A stretch of DNA of 64,000 bases from Clostridia bacterium (GTDB lineage Bacteria; Bacillota; Clostridia; TANB77; CAG-508): the NCBI GenBank assembly GCA_022799935.1, contig JAAWPK010000001.1:8980-72979 (forward strand), in the 5' to 3' direction. Positions 33,401-43,974 of the stretch are shown one piece after another. A program made the translations under genes and the position numbers. Numbering within the stretch: the first letter of the stretch is position 1; every line of letters starts with the position of its first letter. The notes below the pieces were generated by a model. It ran no database searches. It was not told the origin of the DNA and saw only the letters and a program-made list of their open reading frames with translations.

Positions 33401-35665
33401 TATTCTTCCAAGTATTACTACATTGTTTATTTCATTAGATGTACTATTAACTACATCTATTTTTACTGTAGCTGTTTTTGATTCTGATTTTGCATAAATT
33501 ATTGCTGTTTTGTTTTCATCTTGTGCTTTTATTTCTGCATTTTGATTATTATATCCTGATATTGTATTTCTTGTTATTACTTTATTTTGTGCAGCATATT
33601 TTATAGGTGCTTTACTTATTCCTCTTCCATTTTCTTCTGTTTCATATACTGTCTCATTTTCATTTGTTACATATACTTTTACTTCATCATTTATTGCTGG
33701 TGCAAGTTCATTTACTTTTAAGTTTCCATTTATAATTACTGTTGCTCCATTTGATACTGCTGATGTATTAAATGTACTTTGTTCTCCTTCTAGAGGAATT
33801 TCTACTATAACTTTTTGTTCTTCATTTTTGAACATTGTTACTTTTCCAAGTTTTAATTCATCTTCATATAATAAACCTATTTTTCCTTCTGATAATGTTT
33901 CTACATATGAAGGGAATTCTACTGTTAACTTTGGGTTTTTATATAAGCTTTTGCTTGCATCATTTGAGTTTAGTACTACTTTTAATTCAACATTTTCATT
34001 ATTTTCAACTGTTGAAAGGTTTGTTTTATTCATTGATGTTTCAATTACTGTTCTAGGATCAAGTAATTCTACTACTTTTGATTGTTCATCATTTAATAAT
34101 TCTTGTTCTTTATTCATTACTTTTGCTGAAATTTTTTCTTCCATTTGTTTAAACATTTTTGTTTGTTCTTCTGAATATTCTGCTGGCTTTATTTCTCTAC
34201 CATTTTCTATTTTTAATATTCCTTCTGATTTTGCTTTTGATGTTTCTATTTTTATATATGTAGTTTCTGTTTCATATTTGTGTTCTAAATTGTCTATATT
34301 TAATGTAGCAATTTTTTCTCCATTTTTTCCATATATATTGATATATCCATCTTGTCCAAGCATTTCTATGAATTTTTCTCTGTCTACTTTTGTATATGTA
34401 TATATTGCATTTGATGGATAATTATTTTTTCTTTCATCTAAATAGTTTATTTTACTATCTATTATTATACTGTCTACTAGTTCTCTATATCCTATATTTG
34501 AAGATATTGTTTCTACATATGATATATTTTGAGAATTTTCTACTAACATTTGTCCTTTTTCAAATTTATCTGTTGATGTTTCTAATCCAAATGTTACTAT
34601 ATTTCCTATTTGTTCATTAAGTGTTACAACTTCATTTTTATTAGCTTTTATAATTGAAGCTTCATTATTATATAGTGTGATATCTGCACTTGCATTTAAT
34701 GTTATGTTTGCATTTTTAACTATTGCTTCTTCTCCATACACACAAGTTAAAGCAAGTTCATCTTGAGAATTTTTCTCCCAAGAAATTGCTCCATTTTCTT
34801 TTTGGTTATTAGCTAATGTTAATGTAACTACTCCATTTTTGTATTCATAATCTTCACTTGTAAGTGTTTTGTTTGTTTCTCCATTTGTAGCTTTTGTGGA
34901 GATTGCAGATAATACAACTGTTGTTGGTTCAACTCCATTTATTCTAGGAATTTCTATTTTCATATCTGTTTGTTTAACAGGTAATACATTTCCAGCTATA
35001 TTTGATTTTATAATAGTTTGTAATATTACTCCTTTGTTTCCATTTACATTAAATTGTACATATTTAGAAACATTTTCTTCTAAATTTGCTGTAATATCTT
35101 TTGCATTTATGTTTGCAGAAACTTCTATTTCTTTATAAATGTTAGTTTCTTTTGCTTTACTATTTACATATGTACCTTCTAATATAATTTTACTTACCTT
35201 ATTAAAGTTTTCTACACTAAAATTTGAATCAGTGTTCATCTCAATTGGTACTTCTAGTACTACTGATTCATTTTTATCTATTTTATTTAGTGTTATAACG
35301 CTATTTTCTGTATCTATACTTTGAACTAAATCAAGTTTTTCTTCATTTTGTTTTAGTTTAAAGTTTGCATTTGCTATCTTAACTGTAGCATTTGCAAGAT
35401 AACCATCTAGCACTTTAAGCTTTAAATATAGTTTGTCTGAGTTAGCTCTTACATCTATATCTTTGCTATGCTTTGTTTCTCCTTCATTCAAAAAATATGC
35501 GTCAAACTCAATGTTTGCTTTTTCTACTGCTGTATTTTGTGTTTCTAAATTAACATTTGCAGCATAAACTTCTTGGGTATAAATGCCAAGTAGTGCTATA
35601 TTTGCAAATGTCAAAGTAAAAGCAAGTATTGCAGCAATTACTTTTGTTACTATTTTCTTGTCCAT
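30497..35665 (-). CDS. Giant cell-surface protein (1722 aa): signal peptide, DUF11-like and SdrD-B-like domains, Pro/Asp/Glu-rich repeat, C-terminal anchor
   Basis: Uninterrupted ORF with a signal peptide (...YTQEVYAAN). Contains the ISGTVWNDANADGKRDNDE...SNGVYKFSDLSVGEYIVVF SdrD-B-like domain. C-terminus is TIKTGVLTYTLIVLGIAGLVAIAGLGIYLIKKKVLIKNI. No in-frame CGG. Confidence 0.7.
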   Translation of the reverse strand: MDKKIVTKVIAAILAFTLTFANIALLGIYTQEVYAANVNLETQNTAVEKANIEFDAYFLNEGETKHSKDIDVRANSDKLYLKLKVLDGYLANATVKIANANFKLKQNEEKLDLVQSIDTENSVITLNKIDKNESVVLEVPIEMNTDSNFSVENFNKVSKIILEGTYVNSKAKETNIYKEIEVSANINAKDITANLEENVSKYVQFNVNGNKGVILQTIIKSNIAGNVLPVKQTDMKIEIPRINGVEPTTVVLSAISTKATNGETNKTLTSEDYEYKNGVVTLTLANNQKENGAISWEKNSQDELALTCVYGEEAIVKNANITLNASADITLYNNEASIIKANKNEVVTLNEQIGNIVTFGLETSTDKFEKGQMLVENSQNISYVETISSNIGYRELVDSIIIDSKINYLDERKNNYPSNAIYTYTKVDREKFIEMLGQDGYINIYGKNGEKIATLNIDNLEHKYETETTYIKIETSKAKSEGILKIENGREIKPAEYSEEQTKMFKQMEEKISAKVMNKEQELLNDEQSKVVELLDPRTVIETSMNKTNLSTVENNENVELKVVLNSNDASKSLYKNPKLTVEFPSYVETLSEGKIGLLYEDELKLGKVTMFKNEEQKVIVEIPLEGEQSTFNTSAVSNGATVIINGNLKVNELAPAINDEVKVYVTNENETVYETEENGRGISKAPIKYAAQNKVITRNTISGYNNQNAEIKAQDENKTAIIYAKSESKTATVKIDVVNSTSNEINNVVILGRIPFAGNKSVVTGEDLNSKFTANMVSEINATYGISKQDIKIYYSESENANTDLSDKNNGWVTSLDLAKVKSYLIVIGDRTVNFGDRMSFEYNVQIPENLEGDLGTYSTYAVYYNEIQKEAESDQVTNVKKEEQASTVGVKTEKVEVSQGEAEAPVINPEDKQEEQKPADYTTFNKDELSIYINRTGTKREQITNADTVKEGEYIDYTVQLRNLSQTDTMTFDMVAYKENGTFYGKGIVGPDIYGNDLHGYKELEDETLKERVTLKPGEVFEYKYSVIPNKGTAGSTLKSSIAVEQNGNKLNEIALVNQIEEGKLKFDVTYNRTEETPIYSNDKMPIAMQVTNITDETLSNVKLTMVLPEDLEYTENSEYGEVNEYNSIKVNGKTIEITINSLEAGKTSKIYILTTTKELPKELEEKEISIYAEATVGNEKALSNTYTNTINQVKTNVKATFTASSNREWANHGDEIIYTLVVENTGSIEERNLTIEDKLMAGLKVKDYTIIYPDGKEETKETSYQNVNITDLVLKPGEKITIKIKVIVDEDIATKYLLSNYMTISGYTFDTFNTDTISYKIDFEHGTEKPEEPEEPKPPVDPEDPEEPKPPVDPEEPDDPKPPVDPEDPDDPKPPVKETYAISGTVWNDANADGKRDNDENVIPEMTVMLMDNQKYEFVKDSSGKEITAKTNSNGVYKFSDLSVGEYIVVFMYDTNLYMPTSYQKNGVPETHNSDAINGNVTINGINTKVAVTDIINIKQSNEEHIDLGLITANKFDLKLDKIVNTVIVQNKQGTKTYTFKNNKTAKVEIPSKYMAGSNLTIEYKISVTNEGDVPGKATKIADYIPKDLTFSPEINPEWYRGTDGSIYTEELANTVINPGETKEVTLVLTKVVKEAAAETVNNSAEISTHYNSLGLEDIDSKPGNNAQKEDDQSSADLIITIKTGVLTYTLIVLGIAGLVAIAGLGIYLIKKKVLIKNI
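31529..31672 (-). repeat. Four tandem copies of a 36 nt coding repeat (PPVDPEDPEEPK-type linker) inside the 1722 aa protein
   Basis: Plus-strand units AACTGGTGG(T/C)TTTGG(A/T/C)TC(A/T)TCTGG(A/T)TCTTCTGG(G/A)TC at 31529, 31565, 31601 and 31637. They translate to KPPVDPEDPEEP-like repeats. Confidence 0.85.
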
Positions 35666-35772
35666 AGAAAATTCCTCCTAATTTGAAATAAAAACATTTA
35701 TGTTACTTTTATATAATATTATACTAAATTTATCTACATTTTTCAATGCTTTTTTTCACTTTTTTTATGTAA

Positions 35773-36002
35773 ATTCTGCCTTTTTTTGCAAATTTTCATA
35801 ACAATATATTATTTAGTACAATATCTTACTATTTTACTTAAATTATTTTACAATATTCTGCTTTTTTTGCAAGTATCTTTTTTTACTCTTTATTAAACTA
35901 GCTTTTTTACTTTTACGGATGCTATCTTTTGTTTTTTTAGTTATTTTATTAAATTTTATTTACTTTTTAATGACAAAAATATTACATTCTGCTTTTTTGC
36001 TT
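35773..36002. repeat. Three dispersed copies of ATTCTGC(C)TTTTTT(T)GC motif in the divergent promoter region
   Basis: Copies at 35773..35791, 35855..35872 and 35986..36002, upstream of the surface-protein operon start (35665) and of the plus-strand genes at 36106. Confidence 0.4.
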
Positions 36003-36105
36003 AGGGTAGAAACACTTTCGAGGTCATCTTTTTATTGTAACACTTTTATATTTTTAGCATACTATGTTAGTAAATATTAGCATATAAATATATGGGAGGT
36101 TTAAA

Positions 36106-36258
36106 ATGAATAATAATAACATGGATATGAATGCTTTAATGAGTATGCTTTCTAAGATGGATAAAAAGGACTTAGAAAATGGGCTAATGCAAGCTTCTAA
36201 AATGCTGGGTTCTAAGGATAAGGAAGAAATTTTGAAAAAGCTTTCCAACTTAAAATAG
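36106..36258 (+). CDS. Small hypothetical protein (50 aa)
   Basis: RBS GGGAGG 7 nt upstream of the ATG. Sequence is MNNNNMDMNALMSMLSKMDKKDLENGLMQASKMLGSKDKEEILKKLSNLK. It replaces the spurious minus-strand track ORF 36054..36248. Confidence 0.45.
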   Translation: MNNNNMDMNALMSMLSKMDKKDLENGLMQASKMLGSKDKEEILKKLSNLK

Positions 36259-36290
36259 ATTAAGTTTTATAGCAAAGAAAGGGTGGTTTT

Positions 36291-36663
36291 ATGAATAATG
36301 AGGACATGTCCGAACTTTTTAATAAGATTCGGTAATATGATTAATGAAGGTAATATCCCTGATGATATGAAGAATATTATTTCTTCTTTATCTTCCAATA
36401 GTTCTAATGAATCGTCTAATAGTAACTCAAATGAAAATTCTAATAATCAGACCTCTAATATCGATTTTGAAACTATCCTTAAAATGAAGTCTATTATGGA
36501 GAAAATGAATAATAACAATGATCCTAGAGCAAATCTACTTTTGTCTCTTAAACCTTATTTGAAGGATAGTAGAAAAGAAAAAGTTGATCAATATATAAAG
36601 CTTTTTGGGATGAGCAAAGTATTAGAAGTCTTTAATAACTCTGGAGGTGAAGCAAAGAAATGA
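36291..36663 (+). CDS. Hypothetical Asn/Ser-rich protein; probable +1 recoding at CGG 36330..36332
   Basis: ATG 36291 with an RBS gives MNNEDMSELFNKI, then CGG-TAA in the zero frame. Skipping the C continues |GNMINEGNIPDDMKNIISS..., the frame of track ORF 36298..36663. Confidence 0.55.
36330..36332 (+). other. in-frame CGG, +1 recoding site
   Basis: ATT CGG T (followed by TAA in the zero frame) -> ATT (c) GGT AAT. Confidence 0.6.
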
Positions 36664-36992
36664 TGGAAAATTATTATAATCATTTCTATCCATATCGCTT
36701 CTATCCAAGACCCAATTTTCGTATGCCACCTTATGGGAAATCACCTTACACGAATTCATTTAAACAAAATAATGATTCTAATTCTAAAACACAAAAGGTA
36801 GAAAGTGAAAATCTATTAGATAGAGGAAATGACAAGAAATCAAATGACACTTCTAACCCAATTTTTGAAATCTTCGGAATAAAGCTATTTTTTGATGATA
36901 TTTTACTCATTGCTCTAATATTTTTTCTCTATACTGAAGGTGTAAAGGATCAAAATCTTTTTATTTCTTTAGTTTTGCTTTTGTTATCGTAA
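36660..36992 (+). CDS. Hypothetical protein with C-terminal TM segment
   Basis: 110 aa ORF; its start overlaps the previous stop (ATGA). The C-terminal hydrophobic stretch is LLIALIFFLY...LVLLLLS. Confidence 0.4.
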   Translation: MMENYYNHFYPYRFYPRPNFRMPPYGKSPYTNSFKQNNDSNSKTQKVESENLLDRGNDKKSNDTSNPIFEIFGIKLFFDDILLIALIFFLYTEGVKDQNLFISLVLLLLS

Positions 36993-36994
36993 AA

Positions 36995-37023
36995 AATAGA
37001 TGGCTATTTACTAGCCATCTATT
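36995..37023. terminator. Bidirectional terminator between convergent genes
   Basis: Hairpin ATAGATGGCTA tttac TAGCCATCTAT between the stop at 36992 (+) and the stop at 37027 (-). Confidence 0.6.
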
Positions 37024-37026
37024 ACT

Positions 37027-37485
37027 TTATTCTAATACTATTTCATTATTTTCTACATATGCTTTTGTTTTTAGTGGTTCATCCCACATTTCCTCTAAGC
37101 TTTCTGGTCTCTCTATTTCTTTTACTATATTTGCTATTCTTATTTGAGGTGCTTCTATTGCATTTGCTGCAATAATTGCATTTTTGTTGCCTTTTGCTCC
37201 TGCATGAGCAAGTCCTCTTATTTCTCCAAGTACTACTATATGATCTTCTGCAATTACTTCTGCTCCTGCATTTACATCTCCAAGTATTATTATACTACCT
37301 TCAAATTCCACTCTATTTCCAGATCTCAAAGAACCATTATATAGCTTTGTTAATGTTTCTTCTATATCTCTACTGAATGATTTTTCTATTATATGAAGTC
37401 CAAGCTCCCCTTTTCTTTTGATATTGTTATTTTCTTCACTATGTTTTCCTTCACTGTGCTTTCCATTTCCCATTTTCTTATACAT
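37027..37485 (-). CDS. minC: Septum site-determining protein MinC, short form (C-terminal beta-helix domain only)
   Basis: 152 aa. The sequence ...VEFEGSIIILGDVNAGAEVIAEDHIVVLGEIRGLAHAGAKGNKNAIIAANAIEAPQIRIANI... is the MinC C-terminal domain. The N-terminal FtsZ-interacting domain is absent and no minD/minE follows. Confidence 0.65.
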   Translation of the reverse strand: MYKKMGNGKHSEGKHSEENNNIKRKGELGLHIIEKSFSRDIEETLTKLYNGSLRSGNRVEFEGSIIILGDVNAGAEVIAEDHIVVLGEIRGLAHAGAKGNKNAIIAANAIEAPQIRIANIVKEIERPESLEEMWDEPLKTKAYVENNEIVLE

Positions 37486-37495
37486 CCTTTCTTCT

Positions 37496-39601
37496 TTAAT
37501 TTTGTGTTTCTGTATATGGTATTGCTGTTAAGTTTTCATTTATATTTCCTGCATTCATTCCAAAGTATTCTGCTATAACTTCTCTTGCAGCATAACATGC
37601 CATTGTTCCTGCTCCACCGGTTTTCTATTATTACTATTACTGCAATTTCTGGATTATCATATGGTGCAAATCCAGCAAACCATGCGTTTGTAGACACTCC
37701 AGTTTGTGCAGATCCTGTTTTTCCTCCTATTTCAATATTAAAGTTTTTGAAGATTCTATAAGCTGTTCCTCCATTTTCTGTAACCCCTTTCATTCCCTCT
37801 AATACTGCTTTTAAGTTTTCTTCTGATATTTCTATATCATCTTTTTTTGGAGCTTCTCCTATTCTTTCATTTGTATTTTTTTGTATTTCGTCTCTTGAGA
37901 CTTCTGTACCATCTGCATTTAGTATACTTTTTACAATGGTTGGATATACTTGTTTTCCTCCATTTACTAATGTACTTATATATCTTGCCATCTGAATTGG
38001 AGTAAAGTTATTATCTCCTTGACCTATTGAAGCATTTAGTGTATATCCTATTGTCCATGTCTCTCCTTTTGTTTTTGATAGTGCTGGACTGGCAACACTT
38101 CCTGCGCTTTCATTTGTTAATTCTATTCCAGTTTTGCTTCCAAGTCCAAATGCTGATACATATTCGTCTAGTCTATCTATCCCTACTCTACTTCCCATTT
38201 CATAGAAGAAATAGTTGCATGATTTTTCTATTGCCTGTGTTATATTTAAGTATCCATGTCCTCTATGATACTGTGTATACATCCAACATCTTGGGTTATG
38301 TCCTTTTGGATATACTCCTGTATCATTTACTTTTTCTTTTATACTAACTTCTCCTGTTTGAAGTGCAGTTATTGCTGTTACCATTTTGAATGTAGATCCT
38401 GGTGCATATGCTCCTGCTATTGCTCTATTCATAAGAGGCACTCTATTTTCTTTTGCATTATACGCTTTCCAAACATCTTGATTTATGCCTCCTACAAATG
38501 AATTTGGATCAAAGTCTGGATAGCTTGCCATTGCTAGCACATCTCCTGAGTTTACATCCATTACTACTATTGCTCCTGCATCTGCTTCATACTTTTTACC
38601 ATATTCTCCACTTCTTATTCCATTTATTGTATTTTCTAATGCTTGTTCTGTAATTCTTTGTAGATTTGCATCTAGTGTAAGTACTACACTTGAACCAGCT
38701 ATCGCTTCTTCTTCTATATATTCATTCGCAATACTTCCATCTACTGACATATCTATTTGTTTTATTCCATTTTTTCCTTTTAAATATGGTTCAAATACAT
38801 ATTCTATACCTGTTTGACCATATATGTCATTCATTGTATATCCGTTTTTCTTTATTTTCTTTATACTGTTCTTGTGTTATTGAATTTATATACCCGAAGT
38901 ATATGAGATCCAAGTTTTCCATTTGGATATTCTCTTTTTGCATTTTGTCCTACTGTAATTCCTGGATAAGAGTCTGTTTGTTCTGAAAATATTAATGCAC
39001 TTTGTCTGCTTATACTACTTGATATTGTAAGTGACTTGGTTGAGCTATACCCTTCTGAAGTTATTCTATATCTTATTCCCATTATCTTTCTAGCTTCTTC
39101 TTCGTTTTCATTTGTTATATCATATTTTTTCTTAAAATAACTAAATGCACTTTCTGCATTTGTATTTTCTAATAAATTATTTTTCTTAAGCCATGCACTT
39201 CTTTTTTCATCACTTGTAAAATCATATTCTATTGGATTTATTTTTATAGGAAAGGTGTCTATGTAAGTATCTCCATTTGCCTCTAATGTTTTTATCATTT
39301 TCAATATTGTTTGATTTAAGCTTTGTGTTTCTATTTTTGTTTTATACATTTCAAGAGAAAATGTCATTTGTGTAGTTGCAAGTTCATTTCCATTTCTGTC
39401 TAATATATATCCTCTTGATGCATATAATGTACTTTCTCTTGTAAGTCTTGTATTCGAAGTTTCCCTATATGTTGCTCCATTTATTATTTGAAGATTGAAT
39501 AGTTGTATTAAGAGTATTATTCCTATTATATATACAAGAGCACTTAAAGTATTAAATCTTAACTTTATATTAGGCATTTTTTGTTTTCTATATTTATCCA
39601 C
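37496..39601 (-). CDS. mrdA: Penicillin-binding protein 2 (elongation transpeptidase); needs +1 recodings at CGG 38894..38896, 38842..38844 and 37617..37619
   Basis: Track ORFs 38861..39601 and 37536..38834 join via ...GSHIL|GYINSITQEQYKENKEK|GYTMNDIYGQTGIEY.... The C-terminus is restored as ...VIIEN|GGAGTMACYAAREVIAEYFGMN...TETQN*. Transpeptidase motifs present: GSTFK, SCN, KTGS. Confidence 0.85.
37617..37619 (-). other. in-frame CGG, +1 recoding site
   Basis: AAC CGG T -> AAC (c) GGT GGA; restores the PBP2 C-terminus. Confidence 0.8.
38842..38844 (-). other. in-frame CGG, +1 recoding site
   Basis: AAA CGG A; PBP2, enters ORF 37536..38834. Confidence 0.8.
38894..38896 (-). other. in-frame CGG, +1 recoding site
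   Basis: CTT CGG G -> CTT (c) GGG; PBP2. Confidence 0.8.
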
Positions 39602-39621
39602 CTTATCTCCTTCTTAATAAT

Positions 39622-40158
39622 TCAAAAATATCTTGTTAGTATTTGCGGATTCTTAAAAATATCTTCCATTTTATATCCAAGTTTTTGCATTAATGGATAT
39701 AATATTATTGTAATTAATCCATTATAGATTATTTCTAATGCAAGAATTTTTGCAAATCTCCACATTTCTATGTTAATTTCTAATAATATACCTTTATATA
39801 TATATATAAATATTTCACAAATTGCAGTTGCTCCCATTACAAGTAATATTACAGTAATTTTACTATCTTTTGATAGATTTTTATCTAAATATCCTCCGCA
39901 AAAATCCGGATTATTCCTAGTATTACTGCAGTTTGTCCTATTGTATTACTCCCTAATATATCTATTAAAAGTCCAAATACAATTCCCATTATTCCGACCA
40001 ATTTTTCTACCTGTATATAATCCTGTAAAAAGTGCTAATATAACAAATAAATTTGGTTTTACTCCTGCTATTGTAAACCAATTAAAAAAGTTTATTTGGA
40101 GAAGATATATAAGGATAAATGTTAAACATAAAATTATTATGGTTAATGTTTTTTTCAT
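39622..40158 (-). CDS. mreD: Rod shape-determining protein MreD; needs +1 recodings at CGG 39994..39996, 39906..39908 and 39896..39898
   Basis: Track ORFs 39946..40158 and 39622..39837 join as ...GRKIG|GIMGIVFGLLIDILGSNTIGQTAVILGII|GFL|GGYLDKNLSKDSKITVILLVMGATAICE.... Polytopic membrane protein in the mreBCD position. Confidence 0.7.
39896..39898 (-). other. in-frame CGG, +1 recoding site
   Basis: TTG CGG A; MreD, enters the frame of ORF 39622..39837. Confidence 0.7.
39906..39908 (-). other. in-frame CGG, +1 recoding site
   Basis: ATC CGG A; MreD, three codons before the next site. Confidence 0.7.
39994..39996 (-). other. in-frame CGG, +1 recoding site
   Basis: GGT CGG A; MreD. Confidence 0.7.
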
Positions 40159-40180
40159 ATTTTATTATAAATTTCTCCTT

Positions 40181-40992
40181 TTAATTTGTTATTACAAGTA
40201 CAGTTTCAACTTTGCTAAAGTTTACTGCAGGTTCAATTAGAGCATATCTATCAAGTGGGTTTAGTGTATTTTCAACAGATTTTACTTTTCCTATTGTTAT
40301 TCCTTTTGGATATATTCCTCCCATTCCTGATGTTTCTACTACATCTCCTTCTGATATATTAGCAGATGTAGGTATATATGAACCTCTAAGCAATCCGCTT
40401 CTCAAGACTTCCCTTACATACTATGCTATCTTCTGTATTTCTAACACTTGCAGTAACAGAGCTTGCTGAGTCTATTATTGTTTGAACCTTTGCAGTGCTT
40501 TCTGTTACAGATATTACATATCCGGACAAGTCCTGCATCTGAAATCACTGTCATATTTACATCTATTCCATCTTTTTTTCCTGCATTTATTACAAATATA
40601 CTACTATAGTTACTTACATCTTTACTTATTATATATGCTGGAACAGCTTTATAATCTGTATATTTTTTTGTAAGTCCTAAATATTCTTTTAATGTGTCAT
40701 TTTCTGCTCTCATTATTTCTAGTTCCCTTAATTGCTGTTCTAGTTCACTATTTCTATTTTTTAATTCCTCATTTTCTGTTTTTAAATTATCCATGTTTGT
40801 AAAAAAGCTTGAATTTCCAGTAACCTTATTTTTTAAGTAAGTATATCCTGTTTGTATTGGCATTACTATTGTGCTTACAGCATTTTCTATGTATGAAAGG
40901 CTTTCTAGTTTAAGGTTTGTTAAAAATACTAATAAAATTAATATGACTACTGTAATTACTATTCCTATAATTCCTGTTTTTCTCTTATACAC
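40181..40992 (-). CDS. mreC: Rod shape-determining protein MreC; needs +1 recodings at CGG 40522..40524 and 40395..40397
   Basis: Junctions are ...ISDAGLV|GYVISVTESTAKVQTIIDSASSVTASV... and ...KGSLEK|GLLRGSYIPTSANISEGDVVETSGMGGIYPKGITIGKV.... N-terminal TM plus coiled coil; the conserved SG.GG.(F/Y)PKG motif is restored. Confidence 0.85.
40395..40397 (-). other. in-frame CGG, +1 recoding site
   Basis: AAG CGG A; MreC, enters ORF 40181..40405. Confidence 0.8.
40522..40524 (-). other. in-frame CGG, +1 recoding site
   Basis: GTC CGG A; MreC. Confidence 0.8.
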
Positions 40993-41016
40993 TTAAACCC
41001 TTTCCTTTCACAATAA

Positions 41017-42816
<1,800 letters not shown>

Positions 42817-42844
42817 ACTAAAATCTATATTTTATTTACTTTTA

Positions 42845-43108
42845 TTAATGTATACTTTTTTTATATATGAATATTGCTATTGCAACACCTATGATACTTG
42901 CTATATTTATTTTAAATTGTAACGCGAAGGTAAGTGACACAACACTTAAGTCTAATACTAATGGCTCTGTTAGTCCAAAGTCTTTACCATATCCTAGAAA
43001 CCATAAAAAATCTATTTTTGCTGCTAGTTCTCCTAGTAGCCCTCCTAGTACTATTCCAGCAAGTAAAAAAAGTATTAATATCCATGCATTTTTATCTTTT
43101 GTTGCCAT
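42845..43108 (-). CDS. Small membrane protein (DUF4321-like) commonly found next to mreB/radC in Clostridia
   Basis: 87 aa with two hydrophobic segments (WILILFLLAGIVLGGLLGELA...; IIGVAIAIFIY). Confidence 0.5.
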   Translation of the reverse strand: MATKDKNAWILILFLLAGIVLGGLLGELAAKIDFLWFLGYGKDFGLTEPLVLDLSVVSLTFALQFKINIASIIGVAIAIFIYKKSIH

Positions 43109-43294
43109 GTATCTTATTCCTCCTAATTCTCTTTTCCGTATATATTATATACAGCTTTGTAATATTTTTCAAGAGTTTAAAGAAAACCTTTATAAATTTT
43201 CCATATTTTTATTATTTCTTTTTTGTATTATTAGGAGTATAATATAAATATACATAGCAAAATTTAGTTGCTTGAATGGAGGTTTTTATATAAT

Positions 43295-43924
43295 ATGAAA
43301 ATTGAGAAACTTACTGATAATAAAATAAGAATTACTTTAAATATAGAGGATTTGACTGAAAAGAATATAGATTTTCAATCCTTTATGTCTAATTCTATTG
43401 AATCACAAGATATATTTTTTGATATGCTTGATAAAGCTGAGAAAGAAGTTGGTTTCAATACTGATGATTGCCGTATCATGATAGAGGCTTTAGCTCTTAA
43501 AGATGGGCATTTTGTACTTACTATAACTAAATTTGAACATAACAGTGAAAAAATGCTTCCTAATAAAAAGCATTTACATATAAAAAGAAAAAGTCCAAGT
43601 ATAAATTTTGAAAAGACTATATATTCTTTTGAATCTTTTAATACTTTTTGTGATTTTTGTACATTTTTAAGTAATATATTGGAAGAAGATCAAATTTCTG
43701 ATTTTGCTGAATCTTCTGATTTATATGAATATAATTCAAATTATTATTTGATACTAACTAATATAAATACTGATTCTCTTAATTTAACATATATATGTTC
43801 TTCTATTACAGAATTTGCACATTTTGTAAATAGTTCAGAATTATTTGAAAGAAAAATAAAAGAATATGGAAAAGTTATTATAAAAAACTCTGCAATACTA
43901 ACCTGTATGGAACATTTTGTATAA
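43295..43924 (+). CDS. mecA: Adaptor protein MecA
   Basis: MKIEKLTDNKIRITLNIEDLTEKNIDFQSFMSN...DIFFDMLDKAEKEVGF is a typical MecA N-terminus. GGAGG lies upstream of the ATG at 43295 (the track ORF starts earlier, at TTG 43268). Confidence 0.75.
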   Translation: MKIEKLTDNKIRITLNIEDLTEKNIDFQSFMSNSIESQDIFFDMLDKAEKEVGFNTDDCRIMIEALALKDGHFVLTITKFEHNSEKMLPNKKHLHIKRKSPSINFEKTIYSFESFNTFCDFCTFLSNILEEDQISDFAESSDLYEYNSNYYLILTNINTDSLNLTYICSSITEFAHFVNSSELFERKIKEYGKVIIKNSAILTCMEHFV

Positions 43925-43930
43925 AAAACA

Positions 43931-43972
43931 AATAAGAAAGAGCTACTCACGGCTCTTTCTTATTTGTTTTTT
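43931..43972. terminator. Bidirectional rho-independent terminator
   Basis: 13 bp perfect stem AATAAGAAAGAGC / GCTCTTTCTTATT followed by a T-run, between the mecA stop and the convergent spo0E-like stop. Confidence 0.75.
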
Positions 43973-43974
43973 CT

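Noticed and set aside
36054-36248. The minus-strand 64 aa track ORF.
   Set aside because: The plus strand here has a better-supported 50 aa ORF (36106..36258) with a GGGAGG ribosome-binding site, co-oriented with the downstream genes. The minus-strand ORF has no RBS and overlaps that ORF entirely.
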